Part shown: positions 9,319 through 18,516 of the stretch, in pieces | Layout: every line of letters starts with the position of its first letter | Position numbering within the stretch: the stretch's first letter is position 1 | Assembly (NCBI GenBank): GCA_001931535.1 | Contig: CP016211.1 | Location: 4,631,573 to 4,695,572 of the forward strand | Reading direction: 5' to 3' | Length of the DNA stretch: 64,000 bases | Source of the DNA: Minicystis rosea | Lineage (GTDB): Bacteria; Myxococcota_A; Polyangia; Polyangiales; Polyangiaceae | Translations under genes and position numbers: made by a program | The notes under the pieces: model-generated | The model's database searches: none | The model's input: only the letters and a program-made list of their open reading frames with translations | What the model was told of the DNA's origin: nothing

Positions 9319-10235
9319 CGATGGATGCTGCCCGCCTCGGTATGCCCCACCTCGGCTTCGGTCTCGGGCTCCGGTCATGCCACTTCCACCATCTGCTCCG
9401 GCACCCGGCCCGGGTCGATTGGTTCGAGATCATCAGCGAGAACTTCATGGATGATCACGGCTTCGCGCGTCACGTGCTCTCGACGCTGGCGCGCTCCCAT
9501 CCGATCGTCATGCACGGCGTCTCGCTTTCGATTGGCTCGTCCGATCCGCTCGACATGGACTACCTCGCTGGGCTCCGCGCGCTCGCCGCGTGGATCGAGC
9601 CCTCCTGGATCTCGGATCACCTCTCCTGGACCGGCGTGGCCGGGTACAACACCCACGATCTGATGCCCATGCCGCTCACCGAGGAGGCCCTGGATCACGT
9701 CGCCGAGCGCGTGCTCCGCGTGGAGGACTTCATGGGGAGGCCGCTCGTGCTCGAGAACCCGAGCACCTATGTCGAATACGTCGCTTCCACCATCCCGGAG
9801 TGGGAGTTTCTGTCCGCGCTCTGCGAGCGGACCGGCTGCGGCCTGCTCCTCGACGTGAACAACGTCTTCGTGTCGTCGTTCAATCACGGTTTCGACCCCG
9901 AGCGGTACATCCAGGGCCTGCCGCACGATCGGATCGTGCAGATCCACATCGCCGGCCCGACGTCTTTCGACCGCTACCTCGTGGACACCCACGATCACCC
10001 CGTGCCCACGCCCGTCTGGCGCCTCTATCGCTTGGCGCAGGAGCGGACGGGCGGCGTCTCGACGCTGCTCGAGTGGGACGCGGCGATCCCCGCATATCCG
10101 GATCTCGTCGCCGAGCTCGACAAGGCGCGCGCCGTGCTTGCAAATCCGCGCGAGCTGCCCGACGTGCCGCTCTCGGGCCCCGTGCGCGACGACACCCCCA
10201 TGACTCACGGAGTGATTCATGACCTCGTCCCGTGA
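9315..10235 (+). CDS. DUF692 (UPF0276) TIM-barrel protein, MbnB/HvfB/BufB/TglH-like multi-iron peptide-modifying enzyme
   Basis: [28 protein letters not shown]...[14 protein letters not shown]...[18 protein letters not shown]...[11 protein letters not shown]...[12 protein letters not shown]...[19 protein letters not shown]...QIHIAGP is the canonical DUF692 motif series. It is translationally coupled to the upstream gene. Confidence 0.85.
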   Translation: MTMDAARLGMPHLGFGLGLRSCHFHHLLRHPARVDWFEIISENFMDDHGFARHVLSTLARSHPIVMHGVSLSIGSSDPLDMDYLAGLRALAAWIEPSWISDHLSWTGVAGYNTHDLMPMPLTEEALDHVAERVLRVEDFMGRPLVLENPSTYVEYVASTIPEWEFLSALCERTGCGLLLDVNNVFVSSFNHGFDPERYIQGLPHDRIVQIHIAGPTSFDRYLVDTHDHPVPTPVWRLYRLAQERTGGVSTLLEWDAAIPAYPDLVAELDKARAVLANPRELPDVPLSGPVRDDTPMTHGVIHDLVP

Positions 10236-11172
10236 CGGCGCGCTGTCGCTCTCCGCGCTCCAGGACTGGCTGCGGCTCGCGGTGACCACGCCAGGCGGCC
10301 TCACCGCTGGGCTACGCCGCGCGCGCGAGCGCTACGGCGAGGCGCGGACGATCTGCGTCCCGGAGGGCGCCGACGCGGGTGAGCGGCTCTCGATCTACGC
10401 ACGCGGTTACGTCGATCGCCTGCTCGCCTGTCTCCGGGCCGACTATCCGGCCGTGCGCGCGCTGGTGGGCGACGCGCTCTTCGATAGCTTCGCGACCGGC
10501 TACTTCGGGACACGGCCGCCGCAGCACCATAGCCTCTTCATGCTCGGCGCCGGCTTCGCCGACCATCTCGAGCGGACGCGCCCTCCCGACGATGTCCTGC
10601 CCGAAGAACAGCGCTCGCTCGTGCGGCTACCGATCGATCTCGCCCGCGCCGAGCGGGCCCGGATCGAGGCGCTCCGTGCGCCGGGGCTCCCGAACGACGA
10701 GGGCGCGTGCGTCGATGAGCTCCGCGTCGTGGCCGCGCCGTGCCTGCGGGTGGTCGCGCTTGGGCACGACGTGCGCGGCTTCCTGTCGGCCGTCGATCGC
10801 GGCGAGGCGCCCGCCGTTCCCGAGGCGCGGCCTTCGCTGCTCGCCGTCAGCCGCGTCGCGTATCGGCTCGTGCTGGCCGATCTCGCGCCCTGGCAGCAAC
10901 GGGCGCTGGCGAGCTGCGGCAGCCCGCGTTCGGTGGTCGCGCTGGCGGAGGAGGTCGCTGCTGCGTCGGGCGAGGACAGGGGCGCGGCGCTGGCGGATCT
11001 CCTGCTCTGGCTGCCCACGGCAGAGGGGCTCGGGATGGTGTCGTTGACGCGCAACGGTCCGGCCAGCGCGCCCTCCGACGGTCACTCCCATGCCGGACCT
11101 GCACGAGCACACCGCCTCCTTTTCGATCTGGTCCCAGTCTTCGCCCCAGCCCCGCTCCCTGGCGCGCGGTGA
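10219..11172 (+). CDS. DUF2063-family protein (HvfC/BufC/MbnC-like partner of DUF692 enzymes)
   Basis: ATG 10219 overlaps the DUF692 3' end by 17 nt. [61 protein letters not shown] matches the conserved N-terminal DUF2063 core. The C-terminal half is divergent. Confidence 0.8.
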   Translation: MTSSRDGALSLSALQDWLRLAVTTPGGLTAGLRRARERYGEARTICVPEGADAGERLSIYARGYVDRLLACLRADYPAVRALVGDALFDSFATGYFGTRPPQHHSLFMLGAGFADHLERTRPPDDVLPEEQRSLVRLPIDLARAERARIEALRAPGLPNDEGACVDELRVVAAPCLRVVALGHDVRGFLSAVDRGEAPAVPEARPSLLAVSRVAYRLVLADLAPWQQRALASCGSPRSVVALAEEVAAASGEDRGAALADLLLWLPTAEGLGMVSLTRNGPASAPSDGHSHAGPARAHRLLFDLVPVFAPAPLPGAR

Positions 11173-11181
11173 ACGACTCCT

Positions 11182-11300
11182 TTAGAGCCCGAGGCTGACG
11201 GTGTTCACCGTGACTCCGCTGCTCGACAGCTCCGCCGCCAGGCTCACGGTCATGTTGATGATGGCCGCCGGTAGCTCTGCGCCGAACATCGAGCGCGCCA
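11182..11300 (-). pseudogene. Short-chain dehydrogenase/reductase internal fragment (about 40 aa)
   Basis: The ORF 11182..11676 C-terminus reads AELPAAIINMTVSLAAELSSSGVTVNTVSLGL then a stop. It resembles the SDR YxxxK / NAVSPG region but lacks the N-terminal and C-terminal parts. Confidence 0.25.
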
Positions 11301-11548
11301 TCGATCTCGAGATGGCGAAGCGCGGCCCACGAGGTGGCCAATAGACGATGTGCGGAACTCTGCGATTGCTGACCTGCGCCTTGGCGCGGCGGAATTGACG
11401 CCAGGGGTCACGCTCGCCCCGGCGGGTGCTGACGATCGAGCCGCTCGGAGGCCTTGCGCACGGTCTCAAGAGCGCGACGCACGCCGGGCGTCCACGCCGC
11501 CAGATCGACCCCGAGCGTGAGGCCGGCACGAGCTCGCAGCTCGTTGAG

Positions 11549-11640
11549 CCTCGGTACCAGGTATCTGCCGCTCGGTACCAGGTGGCGATACCCGGTGCGG
11601 AGCGGTATCCGATACCCGGTACCGAGCGGGTATCCGTTCG
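11549..11640. repeat. Palindromic GGTACC/GGTATC-type tandem repeat locus A
   Basis: ctcggtaccaggt occurs twice with a 21-bp period, followed by gcggtatccgatacccggtaccgagcgggtatccg, which holds a GATACCCG / CGGGTATC inverted repeat. Related to loci B and C. Confidence 0.6.
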
Positions 11641-11721
11641 GGAAGCCTTATGCCGGGGCTCGTCGGGATGGGACATGGGTGGACGCTGCTATCCAGCGTC
11701 CAGCGCGATGGCAAGGCGGCG

Positions 11722-12948
11722 CTACGGCCGGAGCGTCACCGGGGTCGCGTCGACCTTGATCCGAAACAGCGCGTACGGCCCCTCGCGGAGATCGCGCCCC
11801 TCGTGGTACTCGGGCTGGCGATCTAGCTGGTTGACGGTCACGTAGAGATACCCGTCGGTCGCCAGGGCGAGCGTGTCGGGCCAGATGAGGCGCGGATCGG
11901 AGACGAGGATCTCGTCCGTGCCGTCGGCCAGCCGGCGGTGGATGGCGTGGTGCTCGTAGTCGGTGAGGTAGAGGCGCCCCTGCCGGTCGGACTCGAGCCC
12001 ATCCGACGCATAGCCGATGTCGCCGTGATCGATCACGGTGTAGCCGACGTCGTCCTCGCTCACCGACTCGTTCGCGAGTGCATCCGTGGAGACGCTGTAA
12101 AGGTGGTGGCTCATCAGCGGGCGGTAATACAGTGTCTTCCCGTCCGCGGAGATCGCGATCCCGTCCGCGCCCACCTTGGGCGCGGTCGTGATGCCGCGCG
12201 GCGATCGGCGGAGCAGGGGCGCTCCTTCCACCCTGGCGACGAAGCCCGGATCGGCCTTCGTGGACGGGTGATCGTGGAGCCGCCGGAAGGCGTGGCCGGT
12301 GGCGATGTCGACGACGATGATCGCGTTGGGCCCGCGCGCCGCCGAGTCGGTGACGTACGCCGTCCCCTCCTCGCCGCGCGTGAGATCGAAGCGGATGTCG
12401 TTGAGGTACGAGGTGGGGAGCGCCACGTCCGGCCAGAGATGGATGATCTGCGCGGCCCGGTTTTCGCGGAGATCGACCACCACCAGCTTGGGCGTGTCTT
12501 GCAGGTTCTCGCGCCAGTTGATGTTGCCGGAGTCGACGAGCCAGAGCCGATTGATGGGGTCGACGACGGCGCTCTGCACGGAGACCAGCCGGAAAGGCGC
12601 CTTTTCCTCGTCGAGCTGGTTCATGCGGAGATCGGGGATGGGCCGGAGCCATCCACCGGTGAGCTCGGCGGCGGTGAGCGCCACGGGATCGTTCCAGCGG
12701 GGGAACGAGAGGAAGATCCGCTGTTCCTGAGACACCGTGATCCCCGTGGGCATGGCCCCGGTGAAGAAGGCCACGGGCTCGAGCGCGTCCGAGAGCGGGC
12801 CGCGTGCGCCCGCGGCGCGGGCCAGCTTGGTGGCGTCATAGGGAATCGTGGATGGCTTGGCCGTCGTCTGCTCGCCGCTCTGGCACGCCGCGAGGGCCAG
12901 GACTGCCACCGGGAGAACACGTGACATCGGATGTCTGGAGGGGCTCAT
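11722..12948 (-). CDS. Major royal jelly protein / yellow family (PF03022-like) lipoprotein
   Basis: ATG 12948 (AGGAAAA 8 nt upstream), 408 aa. MSPSRHPMSRVLPVAVLALAACQSGE carries a lipobox. Beta-propeller-like repeats (WLVDSGNINW..., AYVTDSAARGPNAIIVVD, LYLTDYEHHAIHR) are typical of MRJP/yellow proteins. Confidence 0.7.
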   Translation of the reverse strand: MSPSRHPMSRVLPVAVLALAACQSGEQTTAKPSTIPYDATKLARAAGARGPLSDALEPVAFFTGAMPTGITVSQEQRIFLSFPRWNDPVALTAAELTGGWLRPIPDLRMNQLDEEKAPFRLVSVQSAVVDPINRLWLVDSGNINWRENLQDTPKLVVVDLRENRAAQIIHLWPDVALPTSYLNDIRFDLTRGEEGTAYVTDSAARGPNAIIVVDIATGHAFRRLHDHPSTKADPGFVARVEGAPLLRRSPRGITTAPKVGADGIAISADGKTLYYRPLMSHHLYSVSTDALANESVSEDDVGYTVIDHGDIGYASDGLESDRQGRLYLTDYEHHAIHRRLADGTDEILVSDPRLIWPDTLALATDGYLYVTVNQLDRQPEYHEGRDLREGPYALFRIKVDATPVTLRP

Positions 12949-13507
12949 GGGCTTTTCCTGCTCATGGCAGGACCATGCAACGCCCAGGCCGAGCGAGCGG
13001 CCCCGGCGATCGGTGCGACGGAAAGCCGAGCGCGTCAGCGATAACGCTCGTACGGCGCGTCGATGCCTCTGTCGCGGACCTCTTCGAGGAAGCGCCACAT
13101 GTCCGGCTGCGAGCCGTCGACGTCCGTGACGCCGTACTCCCCCGCGAGCTGGCTGGAGGTGAGCGAATGCTGGTTCCACCGCGCGGTGGGCGTCGGAAGC
13201 CAGCGCGACGACCGCGCGCCCCGCGTAGCGCGGCGACTCGGAGAGCGCGAAATCGGGGGGCGCGTGGCCCTTCAGGGCGTCGCGCCAGTTGTCCTCCTTC
13301 ACGCCGAAGGCCTGGGTCGATTATTGCGGCGCTGACGCCACCGGCCGCTTTCTGCTGCAAGAAAACTCCGGATCGAGGGCGCGATCGCCAACCTGCTGTT
13401 CGGCGAGCTCAAGGCCCCAATTCGCACGCTCCAGAGAAACATTGCGATTCGTCGCTGCACCCGTCTCTGGTCATGCCGAGCCACCGGGCGAGAGCATCGA
13501 TCCCCCA

Positions 13508-13597
13508 GCGGTACCGGCCTGATACCGGATACCAGCTCGGTATCGGGTATCGGCCCCGGTCTGATACCGGACACCGGCTCGGTATCGGGTATCGGGA
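13508..13597. repeat. Palindromic tandem repeat locus B (2 x ~42 bp: ctgataccgga[t/c]acc-N5-ggtatcgggtatcgg)
   Basis: Each unit is a near-perfect dyad (GATACCGGATACC...GGTATCGGGTATC), directly repeated with a 42-bp period. Confidence 0.65.
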
Positions 13598-13661
13598 ACA
13601 GGCTCGGTCACGCTCGCTTCCGCGTCTGCCGAGACCCGGCTCGTGGTAACCTGGTCGCACC

Positions 13662-13730
13662 CGATCGATTGATGATTCACGAGGAAGATCGAGCATTCGC
13701 CCCAATGTTCGGTCTGGTACTTCCCTCGGA
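13662..13730. repeat. Copy of an interspersed ~60-bp element (cgaggaagatcga...gttcggtctggtacttccctcgg), also at 17543-17610
   Basis: A 23-bp identical core plus about 15-bp flanking matches shared with 17543..17610. It lies 70-150 bp downstream of a palindromic tandem-repeat locus in both cases. Confidence 0.55.
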
Positions 13731-14006
13731 TAGGACGCACGAGCTGAAGCGCGGAATGAACTGAGGCGCGCTCGGCCTGCACGCTCGCGTGAACGAGTCG
13801 ATCCAGCGACGTCTGCCGGGGGCGCTCGCCTAGCAGAACTAGGCGCGCAGTCTGCCAGGGGGCCTTTCGCGCGGTGTAGCCCTGGCGGAGGCACCAGCGC
13901 GGCCAACCTGGCAGCTGAAGGGGACGAGGGGATCGCGGCGGCAGTCGTCGCAATCGAGACGCAGCTTCGCCGCTCGCGCGCGAAGAGGCTGCACGTGAGG
14001 TAGTGG

Positions 14007-14470
14007 TCATCGTGTGGTCAAGCCGCGCGCGCCCGCGTCACGCGGCGATCCCCTCCGCTGGTCGCCGCGGGCGCCGGGCGTGCCCCACGCCGCATCCCAC
14101 GCAAGCCACGGGCGCGCGCGCGTCTCGGACGCGGCGATGAGCGCGCGCAGCCGTGGCACGACCGTGAAGATCGATTCGGGCGTGGTGCCCGCGGGACGCG
14201 GCGGCGTCGGGAGCTCGCAGAGCTCCGAGCGCACCACTTCGGCGCCCGAGAGGAGCACCTCGGCGTACGTCTTGTCGATGGGCGTCTGCACGGCGCCATC
14301 CGCGCTCAGCATGAACTCGTCGCGCATGGCGCCCGTGCGCAGGACCTTCCGGCGCCCGTAGCTCCACCATGCGGCCTCGTGCTGGTGGCCGACGAGGTAG
14401 AGATCGTAGCGGTCGTCCTCCGTTGCGCGGCGCTGGAAGTGGTCGCCCATCCACGCCGCGGAGGCGGGCG
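14007..14470 (-). pseudogene. Calcineurin-like metallophosphoesterase, C-terminal remnant
   Basis: The ORF 14007..15338 C-terminus reads WMGDHFQRRATEDDRYDLYLVGHQHEAAWWSYGRRKVL...DGAVQTPIDKTYAEVLLSGAEVV; GHxH is the MPP motif. Upstream, the frame runs antisense to the plus-strand genes and is not MPP-like. Confidence 0.4.
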
Positions 14471-15222
14471 CGACCACGGCGCGCTTCGTCACCCTCGACG
14501 CCGGCCGGGAGCCGCTGGCCTTCGCCGGGGGCGACCTGGCCGTGGGCCTGCACGCCTGCGGCGCGCTCGGCGATCGGCTGGTGACCGCGGCCATCGCCGC
14601 CGGCTGCGACGTGGCGCTCGTCTCCTGCTGCCCGCAGAAGATCGACGCCCCGGTCCGCGCCCCGCTCTCGCGCGCCGGCGCCTCGCTCCACCTCCGGCGG
14701 GAGACGCTGGGCCTGGCCAACCTCACCGCACGGCCCGTCGGCGTGGAGACCAGCCTGGAGGCCACCCTCGCGGCGCGGGAAGCGCGCCACGCGCTCCACC
14801 TCCTGCTCCGCGGGCGAGGCGTGACCCTCACGCCGGGCGAGGAGATGCGCGGCATCAACCGCCGTCGCGCCCACGCCGGCCTCGCCGCCCCGGCCCTCTC
14901 GATGCGCGGCCTCCCCCCCGCCGGCGACGCCGAGCTCCGCGCCTTCGAGGCCGAGGCCCGCCGCCGGTACGCCCGCGTCCGCCGCCTCTCCCTCCCCCGC
15001 AACATGCTGGCCCGCCTGGTGGAGCTCGCCGTGGTGCTGGACCGCGCCGCAGCGCTGGAGGAGCACGGAGCCGCCGTGCCCGTCCTCACCATCTTCGACC
15101 GCGCCGTCACCCCCCGCAACGTGGCCCTCTTCGCCAGCCACGCCCCGACCGCCTCCCCTGACGCCCGCGACGCTGCGGTGGTGGAGGTGATCGGTGGGGC
15201 GCGCGCTACACTTCGCCTCGAC
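14410..15222 (+). pseudogene. Class I SAM-methyltransferase (Methyltransf_32-like), C-terminal remnant
   Basis: Frame 1 from just after the stop at 14407-14409 reads ...AFAGGDLAVGLHACGALGDRLVTAAIAAGCDVALVSCCPQKI... (a GLHACG motif). The N-terminal SAM-binding part is missing. Confidence 0.4.
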
Positions 15223-16137
15223 ATGGGCGATCCGCTGACCGACATCTTGCAGCTCACGCGGGCGCAGTCCGTGATCACCGGCGGCTTCGCGGTCGGTGGG
15301 GACTTCGCGTTCCGGTTTCGCTCGCACGCGAAGATCAAGTTCTACAGCGTCGACGGCACGTGCTGGCTGCGCCGCGGGACCGGGACCGACGCGGTCGAGC
15401 TGGAGCGCGGCGACGTGCTCCTGCTCACGAGTGACGACAGCTTCGTGCTCGCGAGCGGCCTGGGCGTCCCTCCGGTGGAGGTCTGTCCCGTGTTCGAGAG
15501 CCATCCCGGGGGCGTCACCGCCGGCGCCGGCGCGACGTGCTCGCTGCTGGTCGGCGTGATCTCGTTCGACCCCGCGTTCGCCGACCTGCTGGGCGACGCG
15601 CTGCCTCCGTTCGTCCACGTCCGCGCCGCAGCGCCGGAGTCCGCCGCGCTCCGCTGGATGCTCGAGCGGATCGAGCGCGAGCAACGCGCGCGGCTGCCCG
15701 CGGCGGGCGCCGCGTCCGCCGAGCTCGCGCAGCTGGTGCTCATCGAGGCGCTGCGCGCGAGCGCCGCCGAGGGCGAGGCCCTGCGGCCGGGCTGGTTCCG
15801 GGCCATGCGCGACGAGCGGGTCGGCCGCGCGCTGCGCCTGATGCACGGCCGACCCGACCACGAGTGGACCCTGGCCGAGCTCGCGCGCGCGGCGGCGATG
15901 TCGCGCGCATCGTTCGCGGCCCGGTTCAAGGCGGTCGCGGGCGCGGCGCCGCTCGCGTACCTGACGCAGTGGAGGATGCGGCTCGCGCGGCGGGCGCTCC
16001 GCGACGGCGACGCCTCGGTGCTCGAGATCGCGCGCTCGCTCGGCTACGCGTCGGAGAGCGCGTTCAGCCACGCGTTCAAGCGCGAGACCGGGCTCGCGCC
16101 GCGCCACTATCGCGCCGCAGCCGCCGGCGCGAGCTAG
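15223..16137 (+). CDS. AraC-family transcriptional regulator with an N-terminal cupin_6 domain
   Basis: ATG 15223. MGDPLTDILQLTRAQSVITGGFAVGGDFAFRFRSHAKIKFYSVDG...(cupin_6 signature)...ESAALRWMLERIEREQ...MSRASFAARFKAVAGAAPLAYLTQWRMRLARRALRDGD...SESAFSHAFKRETGLAPRHYR (AraC HTH). Confidence 0.8.
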   Translation: MGDPLTDILQLTRAQSVITGGFAVGGDFAFRFRSHAKIKFYSVDGTCWLRRGTGTDAVELERGDVLLLTSDDSFVLASGLGVPPVEVCPVFESHPGGVTAGAGATCSLLVGVISFDPAFADLLGDALPPFVHVRAAAPESAALRWMLERIEREQRARLPAAGAASAELAQLVLIEALRASAAEGEALRPGWFRAMRDERVGRALRLMHGRPDHEWTLAELARAAAMSRASFAARFKAVAGAAPLAYLTQWRMRLARRALRDGDASVLEIARSLGYASESAFSHAFKRETGLAPRHYRAAAAGAS

Positions 16138-16204
16138 ACGGACGCGCAAGTCTTCGAGACGCAGGCGCATTCCGTGGCGCGGGGGCGGTCGCTACACCAG
16201 GGGC

Positions 16205-16939
16205 ATGAGCAATCACCTCGGGCAAGCGAACGGCAAACGCGTGGTCATCATCGGCGGAACGAGCGGCATCGGCCTCGCGACGGCGGAGCTGCTGCTGGCG
16301 CGGGGGGCGCGGGTCCTGGTCACGGGGCGCACGGCGGCCAAGCAGGCGGCGGCGCGCGCCGCGCTGAGCGACGCCGCGATCGTCGTCGAGAGCGACGCCA
16401 CGTCGCTTCCGGCGATCGACGCGCTGGTCGAGCGCGTGCGGGCGGAGCTCGGCGCGATCGACGTGCTCTTCGTCAACGCGGGCGTCTCGCGGTGGTCGCC
16501 GTTCGAGGCGACGCCCGAGGCGGTGTACGACGAGCTGCTGGCGGTCAACGTCAAGGGCCCGTACTTCACGATCCAGAAGCTCGCGCCGCTGCTCGCCCCG
16601 GGGAGCGCGATCGTGCTCACCACGTCGGTGGTGAACGTGGTCGGGCTACCGATGCTCAGCGCCTACGCGGCGAGCAAGGCGGCGCTGCGCTCGCTCACGC
16701 GCACCCTCGCGCGCGAGCTCCTGCCGCGCGGGATCCGGGTCAACGCCGTCAGCCCCGGGCCGATCGACACGAGCCCGCTCGAGGATTCGCCGACCAAGAG
16801 GCAGCTGCGCGAGGCGATCCCGATGCAGCGGCTCGGGCGCCCCGAGGAGGTCGCGGCGGCCGTCGCGTTCCTCGCCTTCGACGCGACGTTCACGACCGGC
16901 GCCGAGCTCGCCATCGACGGCGGCGGCACGCAGATCTGA
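16205..16939 (+). CDS. SDR-family NAD(P)-dependent oxidoreductase
   Basis: VVIIGGTSGIGLATAELL (TGxxxGxG), NAG, YAASKAALRSLTRTLA (YxxxK), RVNAVSPGPIDT. 244 aa. Confidence 0.85.
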   Translation: MSNHLGQANGKRVVIIGGTSGIGLATAELLLARGARVLVTGRTAAKQAAARAALSDAAIVVESDATSLPAIDALVERVRAELGAIDVLFVNAGVSRWSPFEATPEAVYDELLAVNVKGPYFTIQKLAPLLAPGSAIVLTTSVVNVVGLPMLSAYAASKAALRSLTRTLARELLPRGIRVNAVSPGPIDTSPLEDSPTKRQLREAIPMQRLGRPEEVAAAVAFLAFDATFTTGAELAIDGGGTQI

Positions 16940-17345
16940 GCCCGCCACCTCCGCCGCCGTGCGCGCGGCGCGCGCCCCCGCGTCGAGCGCCACGGTCGCC
17001 GTGCCCATCCCGCCGGGGATCCGCACCGACATCGTGGCGCGGCCCGGGGTGGAGCCGGTGCTCGCCGACACCAACTTCTTCGCGGCTTCCCCCTCCTCCC
17101 GAGGCCTCGAACGTAGCGAATCCCTGCCCACCGCGCGTCCACGTCGAACCGGCCGTGCAGCAGCGGCTACACGCGCTTCGCGTTGTCGCCCGTGAGGCCG
17201 GCGTCGGCGCCGACCGGAGACGATCGACGCTTCTCCGGCACGGTGTTGGCGTAACGGTTCGCCGCCGTCCTCTTCTTCGCTTGTTCGGGCATGGTGGGTG
17301 CAGCCGGCGCGGCGCCAGCGGCTTCATCCCATCTGTACCCGGTCA

Positions 17346-17414
17346 GCTTCGGATATCGGATATCCGCGGTATCGGATATCCACGGGCTTCGGATATCGGA
17401 TATCCGCGGTATCG
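17346..17414. repeat. Palindromic tandem repeat locus C (2 x 29-bp gcttcggatatcggatatccgcggtatcg, 40-bp period)
   Basis: Perfect 29-bp direct repeat containing GGATATCC / GATATC palindromes. Same family as loci A and B. Confidence 0.65.
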
Positions 17415-17542
17415 AATGCACACCCACGGATTCCGTCGCGCAGGGCCAAGGCATTCGGGGTGGGGCGTCGTCTGCCTCCTCGAGCGCGGCGCACAGGCTG
17501 CATCGTTGGCGCGCCCGCGGTGGGCGCGTTGTGGTAGAACGG

Positions 17543-17705
17543 CGTCGACGATGGATCGCGAGGAAGATCGAATAGTTACATTCTTGTTCGGTCTGGTACT
17601 TCCCTCGGGGGAATGCCACGCCCGAAAACACGAACGGCTACGACCCCTGCGAAAACGCGCGCCATGCGTAAAATTTGGGTTCGTAGCGGTTGGGCTGGGA
17701 TCCAT
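17543..17705. repeat. Composite interspersed element copy 1
   Basis: 17543-17610 matches 13662-13730. 17620-17700 matches 20028-20103 (19-nt identical gcccgaaaacacgaacggc, then about 75% identity including gcgcgccatg...gttggg). Confidence 0.55.
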
Positions 17706-17822
17706 CACGGATGGCAGATAATCGGCAAGAGCAGTTGCCGAGTACCGAGCGGGCGACAGAATCGCGCCCCTCAGGCGTGTCACATCCTGACAGGCTTCGA
17801 TGATCGTCCCCCCATTGGGCGC

Positions 17823-18503
17823 TTACGGCCGAACGGCGATGATCGTGCGCGACCCTGAAACCCTGGTGAGGACGAAGCCACGGTGATCGCCGTCATCGGC
17901 GAGGAACGAGCGGAACTCGGGGTCGTCGCGGAAGCGGGCGTCGTCGAGGAGCCTCGGCGACGCGATGACGACGTCGACGTCGTGCTGGCGGAGGAAGTCG
18001 GAGAACGGGCGGTCCTTTCCGTCCTTCGGGATCCAGCGGAAAGGGATGCCCGCGTAGACCGCGCGGGAGAGCTCAGGGTCGAGGATGACGCGCTCGCCGC
18101 GGAGCCCGAGCGCGCGGAGCGCCTCGACCGTCTTGCGCCCGTCCCACTCCTTGGGCGGCGGTCTGCCGCGCGCCTCGGCGAGCGACGGCAGCGCGCCTCG
18201 ACGGTACGTCGGGAGCAGCGCCAAGAGCGCGATCGCGGCGACGAGGCCCGCTGTGCTCACGAACGACGCGCGGCGGCTCGGCCGTCGCGAGAGCGCCCCG
18301 CACGCCGAGGCGAGCGTCGCGTTCGCGAGAAGCACAACGGCACGAGGTAGTGGTCGCGCGGACGAATGAGCAGCACCGCCGCGGCGAAGCTCGCGCCGAC
18401 GGGGATCCAGATCGGCAGCCACGCAAGGAGGCGCGGCGAGACCCGACGCCGCCGTCGCACGAGCGCGAACGCGCCGACGACGAGCACCGCGTTCGCGCCC
18501 CAC
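17823..18503 (-). CDS. Hypothetical protein, probably the periplasmic C-terminal part of the upstream GT-C membrane protein
   Basis: One TM (GLVAAIALLALL) then a soluble domain. It begins 14 nt after the stop of ORF 18517..19443 in a different frame, so a frameshift or a separate gene is possible. Confidence 0.4.
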   Translation of the reverse strand: MGRERGARRRRVRARATAASGLAAPPCVAADLDPRRRELRRGGAAHSSARPLPRAVVLLANATLASACGALSRRPSRRASFVSTAGLVAAIALLALLPTYRRGALPSLAEARGRPPPKEWDGRKTVEALRALGLRGERVILDPELSRAVYAGIPFRWIPKDGKDRPFSDFLRQHDVDVVIASPRLLDDARFRDDPEFRSFLADDGDHRGFVLTRVSGSRTIIAVRP

Positions 18504-18516
18504 GCGAGCGGTACCT

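Noticed and set aside
13150-13330. SDR-like C-terminal motif (SESPRYAGRAVVALASD) in the upstream extension of the MRJP ORF
   Set aside because: It is a short, single-motif resemblance in the same frame as, and upstream of, the MRJP start. It cannot be distinguished from chance in GC-rich sequence. It is noted only as a possible additional remnant.
14038-16170. 710-aa minus-strand ORF
   Set aside because: It is antisense to the AraC/cupin regulator and methyltransferase remnant. The translation is an R/A/G/P-rich low-complexity string typical of a non-coding frame in 70% GC DNA. Only its extreme 3' end (the MPP remnant) looks protein-like.
13508-17414. Palindromic tandem repeats as a possible CRISPR array
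   Set aside because: There are only two units per locus, no uniform unique spacers, the units are themselves palindromic, and there are no cas genes. They are better described as an interspersed repeat family.
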